From Verrucomicrobiales bacterium (GTDB lineage: Bacteria; Verrucomicrobiota; Verrucomicrobiia; Verrucomicrobiales; Akkermansiaceae), in contig JBBSUD010000002.1 in NCBI GenBank assembly GCA_038235225.1, positions 16,270 through 80,269 of the forward strand: a stretch of 64,000 nt of DNA, read 5' to 3'. Positions 9,489 through 20,110 of this stretch are shown piece by piece. How positions within the stretch are numbered: the first letter of the stretch is position 1; each line of letters begins with the position of its first letter. The notes under the pieces were generated by a model. That model saw only the letters and a program-made list of their open reading frames with translations, searched no databases and was not told the origin of the DNA. A program made the translations under genes and the position numbers.

Positions 9489-10937
9489 ATGATTCCGCCT
9501 CCACTCACGTTCGTTCTGCTGCTCTCCACCGCGGCGGTCGCGCAGGAAATCCCGCGGGCGATCCAGGTCGCCGAGCCACCGCTCTCCAAGGCGATCCGCG
9601 ATCCGAACGTCATCGTGAGCAATTCGGAACAGTTCCGTGTCTCGGGCGGCGTGGCTTCCGACCGGTCCGCCGTCGCGCTGCTAGCCGAGGAAGCGAAATC
9701 CGACCTGCTCAAGCTCACTGACGAGAAGGACGAATTCGTTCACGCGAACGTTCCCATCGACATCGTTCTCCACGGAAAGAACGGCGACCCCATGCCGCCG
9801 CGCATCGAGGCCATCGCCCTCACGTGGAGTGAGTTGGGCTACAAGGTCACGCTGGATCTCCACATGGGCCTCGGCGTCGAGCCGGAGCGGGTTCGCCGCG
9901 CGGCCACATCCGCGCTGCTTTACTACCGCACGCTCAAGGACTTGCCGAAAGGGGCAGACACGCCGTTTCTCGTGCCGCCATGGTTGGTGGACGGCCTTCG
10001 CGAGGCTACAGACTGGCGACTTGGGCGCAGCGATCGACGTCTTTACGAGGCATTGTTCAAATCCAGCGGACTCTTCAAGCTCGACGAGCTGTTCTCGATC
10101 AATCCCGCCGCCTGCGCGGAGCTGGACCCCGCCATGCGCGCCGCGTTCCGCGTTTCCTCCGGCTCGCTGGCCATGGCGCTGCTGGAGCAGCCGCAGGGGA
10201 AGGACGGATTCCGCTCGTTCCTTACCGAGGTAGCCGGGTTTCAGGGTGAGATGCCCGTCCTTCTCCGGAAGCACTTCCCGGGGCTGAACCTATCGGAAAA
10301 TTCGCTCGCGAAATGGTGGGCGCTTCAGTTCGCGAATATTGGCGGCCGCAATCCCGCGACCGACGTGATGAACGTCGCCGCCACGGAAATCGCTTTGAAT
10401 GAAGCGCTTCAGCTCGATTTCCGCACTCCGGAGGGCACCGTCGAGCGCAAGAATCTCTTCGCGTGGCCGGAAGCCGCCGCGCTCCCCGAAGCCGCCCGCG
10501 CTGCCGCCATTCAGCCTGCCGTTGAGGCGCTCGTCCGCATAAGCTGGCGTTGTTTTCCGACATACCGGCCGCTGGTTGCCGATTACAATGCGGCGCTTGC
10601 GGAAATTGGCGCGGGCCGTTCCGACGGCATCGCCGCGCAGCTGGAAGATCTCGCCAGCCGCCGCAACGTATTGGCTGCCAAGGCAGCCCGCGCCCGGGAT
10701 TATCTCGATTGGTTTGAAATCACCCGCGCCAGCGAGAGCAGTGGCGCCTTCGAGGACTTCATGCGCCTCAAGGAGCGGCTGAAGGAAAATCCCCGCCGCC
10801 GGGACGATCCGCTTTCTCAATATCTCGACCGCATGGATGCCGTTTTTGACCGTGGTTTCACCGATCTCGCGCCGGTCGCACCCCAGTCGGGCGAACTGGA
10901 TTTCAGCTCCCTGCCGCCGCTGCCGCTTCCCCAGTAG
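9489..10937 (+). CDS. Hypothetical secreted protein
   Basis: 482-aa ORF with a signal peptide, 6 nt after the previous stop, and typical codon usage. Confidence 0.75.
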   Translation: MIPPPLTFVLLLSTAAVAQEIPRAIQVAEPPLSKAIRDPNVIVSNSEQFRVSGGVASDRSAVALLAEEAKSDLLKLTDEKDEFVHANVPIDIVLHGKNGDPMPPRIEAIALTWSELGYKVTLDLHMGLGVEPERVRRAATSALLYYRTLKDLPKGADTPFLVPPWLVDGLREATDWRLGRSDRRLYEALFKSSGLFKLDELFSINPAACAELDPAMRAAFRVSSGSLAMALLEQPQGKDGFRSFLTEVAGFQGEMPVLLRKHFPGLNLSENSLAKWWALQFANIGGRNPATDVMNVAATEIALNEALQLDFRTPEGTVERKNLFAWPEAAALPEAARAAAIQPAVEALVRISWRCFPTYRPLVADYNAALAEIGAGRSDGIAAQLEDLASRRNVLAAKAARARDYLDWFEITRASESSGAFEDFMRLKERLKENPRRRDDPLSQYLDRMDAVFDRGFTDLAPVAPQSGELDFSSLPPLPLPQ

Positions 10938-11042
10938 CCGCCTGCCCGCTTGGATTTCCCGGCGCGGCATTCCGCATTTCGGCTTTCACCCGTTACGGGT
11001 TCGTGCCTTCCCTCCCGGCGACCACGCCCCGCCTTCCCGCCC

Positions 11043-12842
11043 ATGTCCACAGAGCTGACCCGCAATTTCTCCATCATCGCCCATATCGACCACGGGAAAA
11101 CCACGCTTTCCGACCGCCTCATGGGCGCGACCAACACTGTCGCCGAGCGCGACGAAAAGGCCCAGCTTCTCGACGCCATGGACTTGGAGCGGGAGAAGGG
11201 TATCACCATCAAATCACATCCCGTCGCCATGGAATACAAGGCGAGGGACGGGAAAACCTATAAGCTCAACCTTCTCGACACGCCCGGCCACGTCGATTTC
11301 TCCTACGAGGTCGCCCGCTCGCTCGCCGCCTGCGAGGGCGCCATTTTGATGGTTGATGCCGCGCAAGGTGTCGAAGCCCAGACCGTCGCGAACCTTCACC
11401 TCGCCCACGCGCAGAACCTCGTCATCATCCCGGTTCTTAACAAAATCGACCTGCCTGCCGCAGACGTGGCGAAATGCCGCAAGCAGCTCGAGGACATTCT
11501 GGCCATCCCCGGAGAGGACGCCATTCCCGCCTCCGCCAAGGCTGGCATCGGCATTGTGGAAATCCTGGAGGCCATCGTTCACCGCGTCCCCGCGCCCGTG
11601 GAAAATCCGGACAAGTTGCTGCGCTGCTCGGTGTTCGATTCGATTTACGATACTTACCGCGGCGTCGTCTCCTACGTCCGGGTCTTTTCCGGCAGCGTGA
11701 AAAAAGGCCAGCGCGTGAAACTCATGCACACCGGCAAGACCTACGAGGTTAAGGAAGTCGGAGTCTTCACTCCCAAAATGAGCGCCCGCGAAGTGCTCGT
11801 AGCGGGCGATGTCGGCTATGTCATCGCCAACATGAAATCCGCGGACGAGGCGAAAATCGGCGACACCATCACCGACAATGTTCATCCCTGCGCCGAGCCA
11901 CTGCCCGGCTACAAGGAAATCCAACCCATGGTTTTCTCCGGCATCTATCCGGTCGAATCGTCCGACTACGAGGCGCTCAAGGCCGGCATGGGCAAGCTCC
12001 AGATCAACGACGCCGCCTTCACCTTCAATTCCGAAAGCTCCACCGCCCTCGGCTTCGGTTTCCGCTGCGGGTTTCTCGGATTGCTGCATATGGAAATCAT
12101 CCAGGAACGCCTTCGACGGGAGTTCAACATGGATGTAATCTCCACTTACCCGTCCGTCATCTATCATGTGAAACTCACGGATGGAACCGAAGTCATCGTG
12201 GACAACCCGACCTTGTTTCCCGATACCCAGGTCATCCAGGAAATCGAGGAACCCATCGTGAATGTCTACATCATGGTCCCCGGCGAGTACATCGGCGACA
12301 TGATGCAACTCGTCCTGGAAAAGCGCGGAGATGTCACCAACACCGAAACCATCGATGACATGCGCGTCATGCTTTCCTGCGTCCTGCCGCTCTCCGAAAT
12401 CCTCGTCGATTTCAATGACAAGCTCAAATCCATGACCCGCGGATATGGGTCCATGGACTACGAGCACGCCGGCTACCGCCCCGCCAAGATGGTGAAAATG
12501 GACATGCTCATCGCCGGCGATCCCGTCGAGGCGTTCTCCACCATCGTCCACCGCGACAAGGCGGAAAGCTATGGCCGCGTCCTCGCCGGCAAGCTCAAGG
12601 ATGTTATCCCGAACCATTTGTTCGTGGTAGCCATCCAAGCCGCCGTCGGCGGCAAAATCGTCGCCCGCGAATCCATTTCCGCCATGCGCAAGAACGTCAC
12701 CGCCAAATGCTACGGCGGCGACATCACCCGCAAACGCAAGCTTTTGGAAAAGCAAAAGGAAGGCAAAAAGAAGATGAAGATGTTTGGCAAAGTGAACATC
12801 CCCCAGGACGCCTTCATCAAAGTGCTCAAGAGCGGGGATTGA
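11043..12842 (+). CDS. lepA: Translation elongation factor 4 (LepA)
   Basis: [55 protein letters not shown] and [22 protein letters not shown]. Confidence 0.99.
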   Translation: MSTELTRNFSIIAHIDHGKTTLSDRLMGATNTVAERDEKAQLLDAMDLEREKGITIKSHPVAMEYKARDGKTYKLNLLDTPGHVDFSYEVARSLAACEGAILMVDAAQGVEAQTVANLHLAHAQNLVIIPVLNKIDLPAADVAKCRKQLEDILAIPGEDAIPASAKAGIGIVEILEAIVHRVPAPVENPDKLLRCSVFDSIYDTYRGVVSYVRVFSGSVKKGQRVKLMHTGKTYEVKEVGVFTPKMSAREVLVAGDVGYVIANMKSADEAKIGDTITDNVHPCAEPLPGYKEIQPMVFSGIYPVESSDYEALKAGMGKLQINDAAFTFNSESSTALGFGFRCGFLGLLHMEIIQERLRREFNMDVISTYPSVIYHVKLTDGTEVIVDNPTLFPDTQVIQEIEEPIVNVYIMVPGEYIGDMMQLVLEKRGDVTNTETIDDMRVMLSCVLPLSEILVDFNDKLKSMTRGYGSMDYEHAGYRPAKMVKMDMLIAGDPVEAFSTIVHRDKAESYGRVLAGKLKDVIPNHLFVVAIQAAVGGKIVARESISAMRKNVTAKCYGGDITRKRKLLEKQKEGKKKMKMFGKVNIPQDAFIKVLKSGD

Positions 12843-12892
12843 GAAACCCGCCCGGTCCGCGGTTCCGATTTGCTCCGCCTGTTGCTTCGCAA

Positions 12893-12933
12893 TCCAAAGC
12901 GGTGTGGCGCGGCGCTTCCCACCGCACTCCAAG
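12893..12933 (+). repeat. REP-like palindrome TCCAAAGCGGTG...CACCGCACTCCAAG
   Basis: Stem GCGGTG/CACCGC with TCCAAA and ACTCCAA flanks, intergenic after lepA. It resembles a repeat family common in PVC genomes (antisense translation LECGGKRRATPLW). Confidence 0.65.
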
Positions 12934-13024
12934 GTGCGGCGCTTCGCTTCCCACCTCAATCACCCGGTCCGGGAATTCCTTGTCCGCTCCGCCCGTCGGC
13001 GCGGTGTATTACGGTGAGAACAAC

Positions 13025-14653
13025 ATGCCGGAGACCGACCACGCAGCCCTGATCCGATTCGCCACCCACCGGCGGGATGCCGATTTCCGGCTGCTTGCGG
13101 ATCGCTACTCCGGCCTGATCTATCAGACTGCCCTCCGTCGCACCGGCAGCCGCCAGCTTGCCGAGGAGGCGGGCCAGAACGTCCTCCGCGCTCTGGCGAA
13201 GAAGGCTCCGGGCTTGCCAAGCATCCCGATCGCCTCGCCGCGTGGCTCCACCGCGCGGCAATTTTCGAATCCGGCAAAGCCATGCGTTCCGAAATCTCCC
13301 ACCAGCGGAGGAAATCCCTCCAGCACCCGGATTCCATCCCATCCACCGCACCCGACGAAGCACCACTGTGGACCGAGATCCTCCCGCACCTCGACCTCGC
13401 GCTCGACCGTCTCCCGGACAGCGACCGCACGGTTCTTCTCCAGCATTACTACGAGCGGCTGCCGTTTCCCCGGATCGGCGAAATCCACTCCCGCCCGGCG
13501 GCGACCGTCCAAAAGCAATGCCGCCGCGCGCTGGAAAAAGTCGCCGGAATTCTCCGCGGAAAAGGACTCGTCGTGTGCGCCACCTCACTGGCAACCGGCT
13601 TCGGCGTGGAATGTGCGAAGGGCGCTCCCGCCGGATTCTCCGCATCCGCCGCCGCAGGCGCGCTGACCGCCGCCGCAGGCGCGCTGACCGCCGGCGCCTA
13701 TTCCACCACCCTCCTAACACTTTTTATGGCCACGAAATCCAAAGCATTCATCCCGCTCGCGCTGCTCCTCACGCTCACCCCGCTGGTCATCCAGCAGCTT
13801 GAAATCGCGCGTGCCTCCGCCCGCTTGGACTCTCTCGGCGGGTTCGCGGTATCACCCGCACGCCAACCCGCGCGGGCGGACCGCATCGTTTCGACCGAGC
13901 GTTCCGGGACCATCACCATCACCCTTCTCAGCCATGCATACGACGAAGCGAAACGTCGTGGCAGGTTGAAATGGATCGCCTTCGAAGACATGATCGCCGC
14001 GCTTGAGCCAGACGAGGCCGCTTGGGCGCCTTCGTAGCTTCCACCCTCGACGCCGCCTCGGAATACCGGCAGTTCTTCGCGGCCCTGCGCCGGACTCGGG
14101 AAAAAACCGGCGACTCTCCCGTGCTGGAGAAAATCCGCGCCGGGTATGTCGGCGCTCTATCCGATCCGCTGGCGGGACTTCCGTTTGAGGACGCGTCGGC
14201 GATTGTGGATTCCGAGTTCACTGCCGCGGAAAGATTGAGGTTTGCAGCTTCCGAGTGCCACCGGGCGGATCTGGATGGTTGGAAAAATGGGCGGATTGGT
14301 ATTTGAAGATCGGTTACGACGATTGGAAAAAGCGGGAGGTCACGCCGGGATCGCCTCCCGACCATCCCGCGGCCGCTGTGTTAGAAACCTGGGCCGAATC
14401 CGACTGGCAGGCTGCGGGAAAATGGCTGGGAAAAGTGCCAACCGGTCCGCTGCGCTCGGAGATGGTCCGGGATTATGCCGTGCGCATCGCCGCCCTGGAA
14501 CCTGCCAAGGCCGTTGCGTTTCTGGCGGAGATTCCCGAGGAGCGTGTACGGAGAGATCTGATCAAACGGATCGCCGAAAATCTGGACGGGGGAAATCCCG
14601 AAGCTGCGGCCGCGTTCCGCGCGGAGTTTCCGGCAACGGGCGGCGACCGTTGA
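13025..14653 (+). pseudogene. ECF sigma-70 factor with long C-terminal extension, broken by three -1 frameshifts
   Basis: Sigma region 2 (LADRYSGLIYQTALRRTG) in frame 2 to about 13215. It continues as HPDRLAAWLHRAA...region 4 (LDRLPDSDRTVLLQHYYE...TVQKQCRRAL) in frame 1 to about 14020, then frame 3 to about 14275, then frame 2 to the stop at 14653. Confidence 0.8.
13648..13689 (+). repeat. Exact 21-bp tandem duplication (GCCGCCGCAGGCGCGCTGACC x2; AAAGALT x2)
   Basis: Read directly from the sequence. Confidence 0.9.
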
Positions 14654-14701
14654 TCGCCGCTACGGCGCAGGCCGCGACACTGCTTTGAAATTGCGGAAGT
14701 C

Positions 14702-14856
14702 GTAGTGGCGGATCGCATCCGCCTGGCTCTGCAAGCAATATCAAGCGGCTTCGGATGGGTCGACAGACGAGCTTCGCAATGCGACGTGATGCGCCTCACG
14801 GGATTACTGGAAGAAGTTTGGATTGGCGGGGCATGGCGGATGCAATCCGCCGCCAC
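14702..14856. repeat. REPIN-like inverted REP doublet
   Basis: GTAG-T-GGCGGAT-CGC-ATCCGCC at 14702-14723 and, on the opposite strand, GTGG-C-GGCGGAT-TGC-ATCCGCC at 14856-14835. Intergenic between convergent genes. Confidence 0.65.
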
Positions 14857-14886
14857 GGGACCGATGATTGCCGTTGCGGCGGGGAC

Positions 14887-16365
14887 TCATTCACTTTCAT
14901 AACAGTCGGCCAGCCATTGGCTAAGGAGGCGGACGCCGAAGCCGGTGGCGAAGCTGGGTTCGCGCGGGTCGGCGCGGGTTTCCTTGGTGGCTACGCCGGC
15001 GATGTCGAGATGCGCCCATGGCACCTCGCCGACGAAGCGCTGGAGGAACTGCGCGGCGGTGATCGAGCCGGCCGCCCTACCGCCGATGTTCTTCATATCG
15101 GCATTCGGCGAATCCAGCATCTTGTCGTATTCCGGCGCGAGCGGCATGCGCCAAATCTTCTCCGTGGAGCTGGCGGATGCGGCGGCGAGGCCGTTTGCAA
15201 CGTCGTCGGAATTGGAGAAAAGCCCGGCATATTCGCTGCCGAGCGCGATGACGATCGCGCCGGTTAGCGTGGCGAGATTTACCATGGCGGCGGGTTGGAA
15301 TTGTTCTTTGGCATACCATAATGCGTCGGCCAGCACGAGGCGGCCTTCGGCATCGGTGTTCTGCACTTCGATGGTCTGGCCGGACATGGAAACGACAATA
15401 TCACCCGGATTTTGCGCGTCGCCGTCCGGCATGTTTTCCGCCAGACCGACGATGCCGATGACATTCACCTTCGCCTTGCGGGAGGCGGCGGCATGCATCG
15501 CGCCGACGACGGCCGCGGAGCCACCCATATCTCCCTTCATGTCCCACATGCCGGCGGCGGGTTTTATGGAAATGCCGCCGGAATCAAACGTTACTCCCTT
15601 GCCAATGAGACATACCGGCTTGTCGCCGGATTTGCCGCCATTCCATTTCATGACGACTAGCTGGGACTCGCGGCGGGAACCTTTTCCCACGCCGAGCAGC
15701 GCGTGCATGCCGAGCGCGGCCATTTCCTTTTCGCCGAGGATTTCGATTTCCAGTCCGAGGCTGGCTAGTTGCTGGATCCGCTCGGCATAGGCTTTGGGAA
15801 ATAGAACATTGGAAGGCTCGTTCACCAGGTCGCGGGCAAGGATTTGGCCATCGCCGACGGGGCCGTGGAAACCGGCATAGGTGACTGCGGCTTTGGCGGC
15901 ATCGTCCACGATTACGCGGAGTCCGGTGACGGTGGTTGCCTTGCGGACGGGGAGTTTGGTGCGGTATTTATCGAATCGATAGGCGGCGAGACGAGCGCCG
16001 AGGGCAGCGCGCGCGGCTTCCTCGGGATTGATGGAAATGCCGTCGAGATGCAACGAAAGCATGGCGGCACCGGTGCTTCGGAATGCCTGCATGGCCCGCG
16101 CGCCGAACAGCTCGGCATCGAAATCCGCGCGGCTGCCTTCGCCCGTGAAATGGATGCATTCCGCTTGCGAGCCGTGCGGCGCGTAGATGGAAACGGACGT
16201 CCCCTTCGCTCCGGAAAAGCGCGCGGCCTTGAGCGCCGCCTCGATTTGTCCGCAGGAATCGGCGCGATAGGCGGCGGCGGTTCCTGTGGTTGGAATTTCT
16301 CCGAATACCGGCACGACGGCGATGCCGGCGTCCGTCTTGGCTGCATTTTCAAATGTGATTTTCAT
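14887..16365 (-). CDS. pepA: Leucyl aminopeptidase (M17 family)
   Basis: GKGVTFDSGGISIK, MKGDMGGSA, AENMPDG, NTDAEGRLVLAD, ATLTGA and WAHLDIAG. Confidence 0.97.
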   Translation of the reverse strand: MKITFENAAKTDAGIAVVPVFGEIPTTGTAAAYRADSCGQIEAALKAARFSGAKGTSVSIYAPHGSQAECIHFTGEGSRADFDAELFGARAMQAFRSTGAAMLSLHLDGISINPEEAARAALGARLAAYRFDKYRTKLPVRKATTVTGLRVIVDDAAKAAVTYAGFHGPVGDGQILARDLVNEPSNVLFPKAYAERIQQLASLGLEIEILGEKEMAALGMHALLGVGKGSRRESQLVVMKWNGGKSGDKPVCLIGKGVTFDSGGISIKPAAGMWDMKGDMGGSAAVVGAMHAAASRKAKVNVIGIVGLAENMPDGDAQNPGDIVVSMSGQTIEVQNTDAEGRLVLADALWYAKEQFQPAAMVNLATLTGAIVIALGSEYAGLFSNSDDVANGLAAASASSTEKIWRMPLAPEYDKMLDSPNADMKNIGGRAAGSITAAQFLQRFVGEVPWAHLDIAGVATKETRADPREPSFATGFGVRLLSQWLADCYESE

Positions 16366-16537
16366 GGAATCGATGGGCATGTCTCCGGCTCGCGCGCGGG
16401 CGGGGAATGCTCGGCGGCGGCTTGGCGGGATTCAATGCCTATCCGGCGCGGCGGACGATCGGACCGGGGATTTTCTAACCGCCGGCCGAGGAGAAGGCTT
16501 GCGGCCGCCCCGTCGGGGAGGCGAAGCTCGTGCAGCC

Positions 16538-17008
16538 ATGCCGGAAACCCGCAAATCAACCCGCGCGCGCCGCACCATCGCGAACTCGCCGCCGCAGAGC
16601 GCCAAGAAGCAGGCGGAGGCGCTCAAAGCGACGCGCGAGCAGCATGCGGCGGAGGTGGCGCAGGATTATCTGGAGGCGATCGCAGTGCTGATCGAACAGA
16701 ACGGCGAGGCGCGCGTGGTGGACCTGGCCGGGCGGTTGGGGATTTCCCACGCCACGGTGATCCAGACGGTCGCGCGGCTGCGGAAAAAGGGGCTGGTCTT
16801 CAACGAGCCATACCGGTCGATTTTTCTAACGGACAAGGGCCGGGATATCGCGGAAGAGGCGCGCCACCGCCACGCGGTAACAGTGGCCACGCTGATCAAG
16901 CTGGGCGTGAGTCCGGCGACGGCGGAGGTGGATGCGGAGGGGATGGAGCACCACGTGAGCCGCGAGACGCTGGGGATTTTCGAAAAATTCGTGGGCGGCG
17001 CGGTCTAG
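16538..17008 (+). CDS. mntR: DtxR/MntR-family manganese-responsive transcriptional regulator
   Basis: DYLEAIAVL..EARVVDLAGRLGISHATV, PYRSIFLT.KGR.IAE.ARHRH and DAEGMEHHVS. Confidence 0.9.
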   Translation: MPETRKSTRARRTIANSPPQSAKKQAEALKATREQHAAEVAQDYLEAIAVLIEQNGEARVVDLAGRLGISHATVIQTVARLRKKGLVFNEPYRSIFLTDKGRDIAEEARHRHAVTVATLIKLGVSPATAEVDAEGMEHHVSRETLGIFEKFVGGAV

Positions 17009-17095
17009 CGGATTCGTTATCGGTGCGCGGGATGGCGGCGGGGTTTTGGGAAAATCCGCATTTGCATCGCGGCGATCTTGGGTAGCGTCCCGCGC

Positions 17096-17764
17096 ATGAC
17101 GACGCTGCGCCGATTTCTCGCTCCCGGATCCGTCTCGCTGAAGATTTGCGGAGTGACCACGCGCGCGGATGCGGAGCGCCTCGCGGAGCTGGATGTGGAC
17201 GCGCTGGGGGTGAATTTCTGGCCGCGCTCGAAGCGGTATCTGGCACCGGAGCAGGCGGAGTGGCTGCGGGAAATAGCGGGCAGGATTTTACGCATCGGCG
17301 TGTTCGTAAACGAGCCGCCGGCGCTGCCGCTGCGGCTGATGGAGGCGGGTCTGCTAGACGCCATCCAATTGCATGGCGACGAGGCGCCGGCGGATGCGGC
17401 GGTCTATCGGGACGCGGGCGTGCCATTCATCAAAGCGATCGGCGTGAGGACTCTGGCGGACCTGGCGCGGGCGGCGGAATACGGCGCGGCGGCCATCCTG
17501 CTGGACGCGCACGCGCCAGGCGTCTATGGCGGTACGGGCGCGGTTTTTGATTGGGACGTGGCGGCGGATTTCCGCAATGCCGCCGGCGCGCCACCCGTCA
17601 TTCTGGCCGGCGGCATCGTCCCGGAAAATGCCGCACGCGCTGCAGAAACCGTCCGGCCGGCGGCGCTGGACATCGCGTCCGGCGCGGAGATTTCCCCGGG
17701 CGTGAAAGATTTCGCGAAGACCGCCGCCTTTCTAACGATCCTCCGCCAGCCGGCCGCATGTTGA
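17096..17764 (+). CDS. trpF: Phosphoribosylanthranilate isomerase
   Basis: LKICGVT, LGVNFWPRSKRY, GVFVNE, IQLHGDE, LLDA, GGTG..FDW, ILAGGI.PEN and DIASGAEISPGVKD. Confidence 0.95.
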   Translation: MTTLRRFLAPGSVSLKICGVTTRADAERLAELDVDALGVNFWPRSKRYLAPEQAEWLREIAGRILRIGVFVNEPPALPLRLMEAGLLDAIQLHGDEAPADAAVYRDAGVPFIKAIGVRTLADLARAAEYGAAAILLDAHAPGVYGGTGAVFDWDVAADFRNAAGAPPVILAGGIVPENAARAAETVRPAALDIASGAEISPGVKDFAKTAAFLTILRQPAAC

Positions 17765-18591
17765 CCGATTCCCACTGCCATCTCGCCTCGCACAAGTTCC
17801 CGGCGGAGGAAATCCCGGCTCTGCTGGACCGCGCGCGGGAGGCTGGAGTCGGCAGGCTCATCACGCTGGCGACGTGCGCGGAGGACATCGCGGCGAATCT
17901 AACATTCTCCGAAAATCCGGCCGTCCACGCCTGTCTCGGCATCCATCCGTGCGATGTCCACCATGCCGCGGACGACGCGCCGGAACTACTGGCCGCCTAT
18001 CTAGCAGACCCGCGGGTTTGCGGCGTGGGCGAGACCGGCCTGGACTACTATCACCCGGCGCCGTACGGCTGGACCGAGGCCGCCTACCATGAGCGCCAGC
18101 GGGATTTCCTGCGCCGGCACTTCGCGGTGGCGCGCGACGCCGGGCTGAATGTGGTGATCCACACGCGGGACCGGGAGGGCGCGGCATCCCTCGAGGACGC
18201 GCTGGCCATCTACGGGGAATACAGTAACGGCGTGCGCGCGGTGTTCCACTGCTTCATCGGCCCGTGGGAGAACGCGGCGCGCGTGCTGGAGCTGGGAGGG
18301 CTGGTTTCCTTCGGCGGCGTGGCGACTTTCAAATCGGCGCGGGAGGTCCGCGAGACGGCGCTGCGCTGCCCGGCGGACCGCTTCATGGTGGAGACGGATT
18401 CGCCCTACCTCGCGCCGGAGCCGCACCGCGGAAAGCGCAACGAGCCGGCCTATGCCAGCGCCACCGCCGCGCGCTTGGCCGAGCTGCGCGGGGAATCGCT
18501 GGAGGAACTCGCTGCCCGGACGAGCGCCACCGCCGCCGGGTTTTTCCGCCTGCGGGGGGAAATGGATTTGAATAAAGAAATCGTTCCGTGA
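17758..18591 (+). CDS. tatD: TatD-family DNase/hydrolase
   Basis: DSHCHL, LGIHP, VGETGLDYY, VIHTRD, VFHCF and ETDSPYLAPEPHRGKRNEP. Confidence 0.93.
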   Translation: MLTDSHCHLASHKFPAEEIPALLDRAREAGVGRLITLATCAEDIAANLTFSENPAVHACLGIHPCDVHHAADDAPELLAAYLADPRVCGVGETGLDYYHPAPYGWTEAAYHERQRDFLRRHFAVARDAGLNVVIHTRDREGAASLEDALAIYGEYSNGVRAVFHCFIGPWENAARVLELGGLVSFGGVATFKSAREVRETALRCPADRFMVETDSPYLAPEPHRGKRNEPAYASATAARLAELRGESLEELAARTSATAAGFFRLRGEMDLNKEIVP

Positions 18592-18673
18592 CGTTCCATT
18601 CAGCGATCGGCGGCCCTGCCTCCGGCGCCTTGCCGACCTTGCAATCCCCTCACGCCAACCCCAGCCTCACTCC

Positions 18674-19090
18674 ATGAATTCGCTTCTCATCCCCGTCACC
18701 GCGCTGCTCGTCCTGGCCCTCGCGTCCTGCGCTAATAACAAGCCGGCCAATTACGACACCGCTGCGAATCCCTACGGCGTGGCCGACCCGGGCGTGAACG
18801 CACCGGTCGATCCCAACCCGATTTACGACACGCCGGCAGCCTACGAGGAAACCAGTTCCACGGCGGCGGCCACCACCCCGTCGATCAATCCGATCATGAA
18901 TCCCCCGGTTTCCACGCCGCGCGTGCCGTCGAACGGCGCCGCCACCATCCATACCGTGGTCAGCGGAGACACGCTCTCCGGCATCAGCGCGAAATACAAA
19001 GTGCCATCCGCACAAATCAAACAGGCCAATGGCATGACCAGCGACGTCGTCGTGCTCGGCCGCAAGATGGTCATCCCGCCCGCCCGCTGA
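18674..19090 (+). CDS. LysM peptidoglycan-binding lipoprotein
   Basis: Lipobox LALASC and C-terminal LysM HTVVSGDTLSGISAKY.V....IKQANG...LGRKMVIP. Confidence 0.9.
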   Translation: MNSLLIPVTALLVLALASCANNKPANYDTAANPYGVADPGVNAPVDPNPIYDTPAAYEETSSTAAATTPSINPIMNPPVSTPRVPSNGAATIHTVVSGDTLSGISAKYKVPSAQIKQANGMTSDVVVLGRKMVIPPAR

Positions 19091-19109
19091 ATCCGATCTT
19101 TTGCATCCA

Positions 19110-19143
19110 GCCGCCGGAGGTGTTATGCCTCCGGCGGTTTTCC
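19110..19143 (+). terminator. Rho-independent terminator after the LysM gene
   Basis: Stem CCGCCGGAGG/CCTCCGGCGG with a 7-nt loop, followed by TTTTT. Confidence 0.7.
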
Positions 19144-19153
19144 ATTTACCGCC

Positions 19154-20110
19154 ATGCGCATCATTCAGAAATCCCTCGCGCTGCTCCTGCTAACGGGCTC
19201 GCTCCTCGCACAAACTCCGGACAAAACCCCGAGCCCGAAGGAAATCGCCATCGACGGGTTGCTATCGGAACGCGGCGCGCCGTCGGCCATGGATGCAGCC
19301 ATCGCCAAGGCGAAAGCCGCCGGCGTCGGTCCGCAAGCCATCCTCGAGGCGCGCCTGTTATACCATGTTGACCGCCGGGAGGACGCGGCGCTGGCGGCGA
19401 TGCTGCCGGACTTTCTGGCGCGGGACGCGGATTTCAAAATCGCGGATTCCACCATCTTCAGCTCGCGCGAGGACTGGCTCGCCGCCGTCGAATACGTCCG
19501 CGCGATCGACGCTTTGGAAAAGGGCGACAAGGCCGCTTTCAAAAACCACATCACCGAGGCATTCTGGCTCAGCCCGCGGCAGGGCGCGGCTTTTGCCCCG
19601 CACATCGAGCGGCTGCGCCTGGACGACGCCATGAAATCCGTTAGGGTGGATTTCTCCAAGCCGTTCCGCAGCCTAACAGGCAGCGAACCCGTCGCCCTGC
19701 GGGAAATCCTGGGCAAAAAAAAAGCGCTCATCCTGCACTTCTGGTCGCCCGCCAGCATGGACTCGGCCGGCAGTCTGCCGGACTATGCCATCGCCGCCGC
19801 GGAGCTTGGCTCGAAGGGCGTTGCGATGGTTTCGCTGCTGCCCGCCGACGCGCCGGACGCGTTGCTGGAAGACGCGCGGAAAGCCTTGGCGCCGCTTGAA
19901 CCCAAGCCGCCCGGCGCCTGGCTCATCGACCGCGCCGAAGGTCCGCTTTTCCAGGAAATGAGGATCCGCTCCATGCCCGTCTTTGTGCTCGTTTCAAAGG
20001 AAGGCCGCGTGTTGTATAATGGCGACCCCGGCGATGACGCACTGTGGGAAGCGCTCGCCAGACTCGACCCCGCGCTCGTCCGCCCGGCCATGGAAAAGGA
20101 AGCGGACTGA
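19154..20110 (+). CDS. Secreted protein with C-terminal thioredoxin/TlpA-like fold lacking CxxC
   Basis: Signal peptide; LREILGKKKALILHFWSPAS...GVAMVSL...IRSMPVFVLVSKEGRVLYNG. Confidence 0.65.
   Translation: MRIIQKSLALLLLTGSLLAQTPDKTPSPKEIAIDGLLSERGAPSAMDAAIAKAKAAGVGPQAILEARLLYHVDRREDAALAAMLPDFLARDADFKIADSTIFSSREDWLAAVEYVRAIDALEKGDKAAFKNHITEAFWLSPRQGAAFAPHIERLRLDDAMKSVRVDFSKPFRSLTGSEPVALREILGKKKALILHFWSPASMDSAGSLPDYAIAAAELGSKGVAMVSLLPADAPDALLEDARKALAPLEPKPPGAWLIDRAEGPLFQEMRIRSMPVFVLVSKEGRVLYNGDPGDDALWEALARLDPALVRPAMEKEAD

Noticed and set aside
16538-17008. mntR as part of a manganese transport locus
   Set aside because: No mntH/mntABC/mntP gene and no recognisable MntR box nearby; it appears to be an ordinary orphan regulator.
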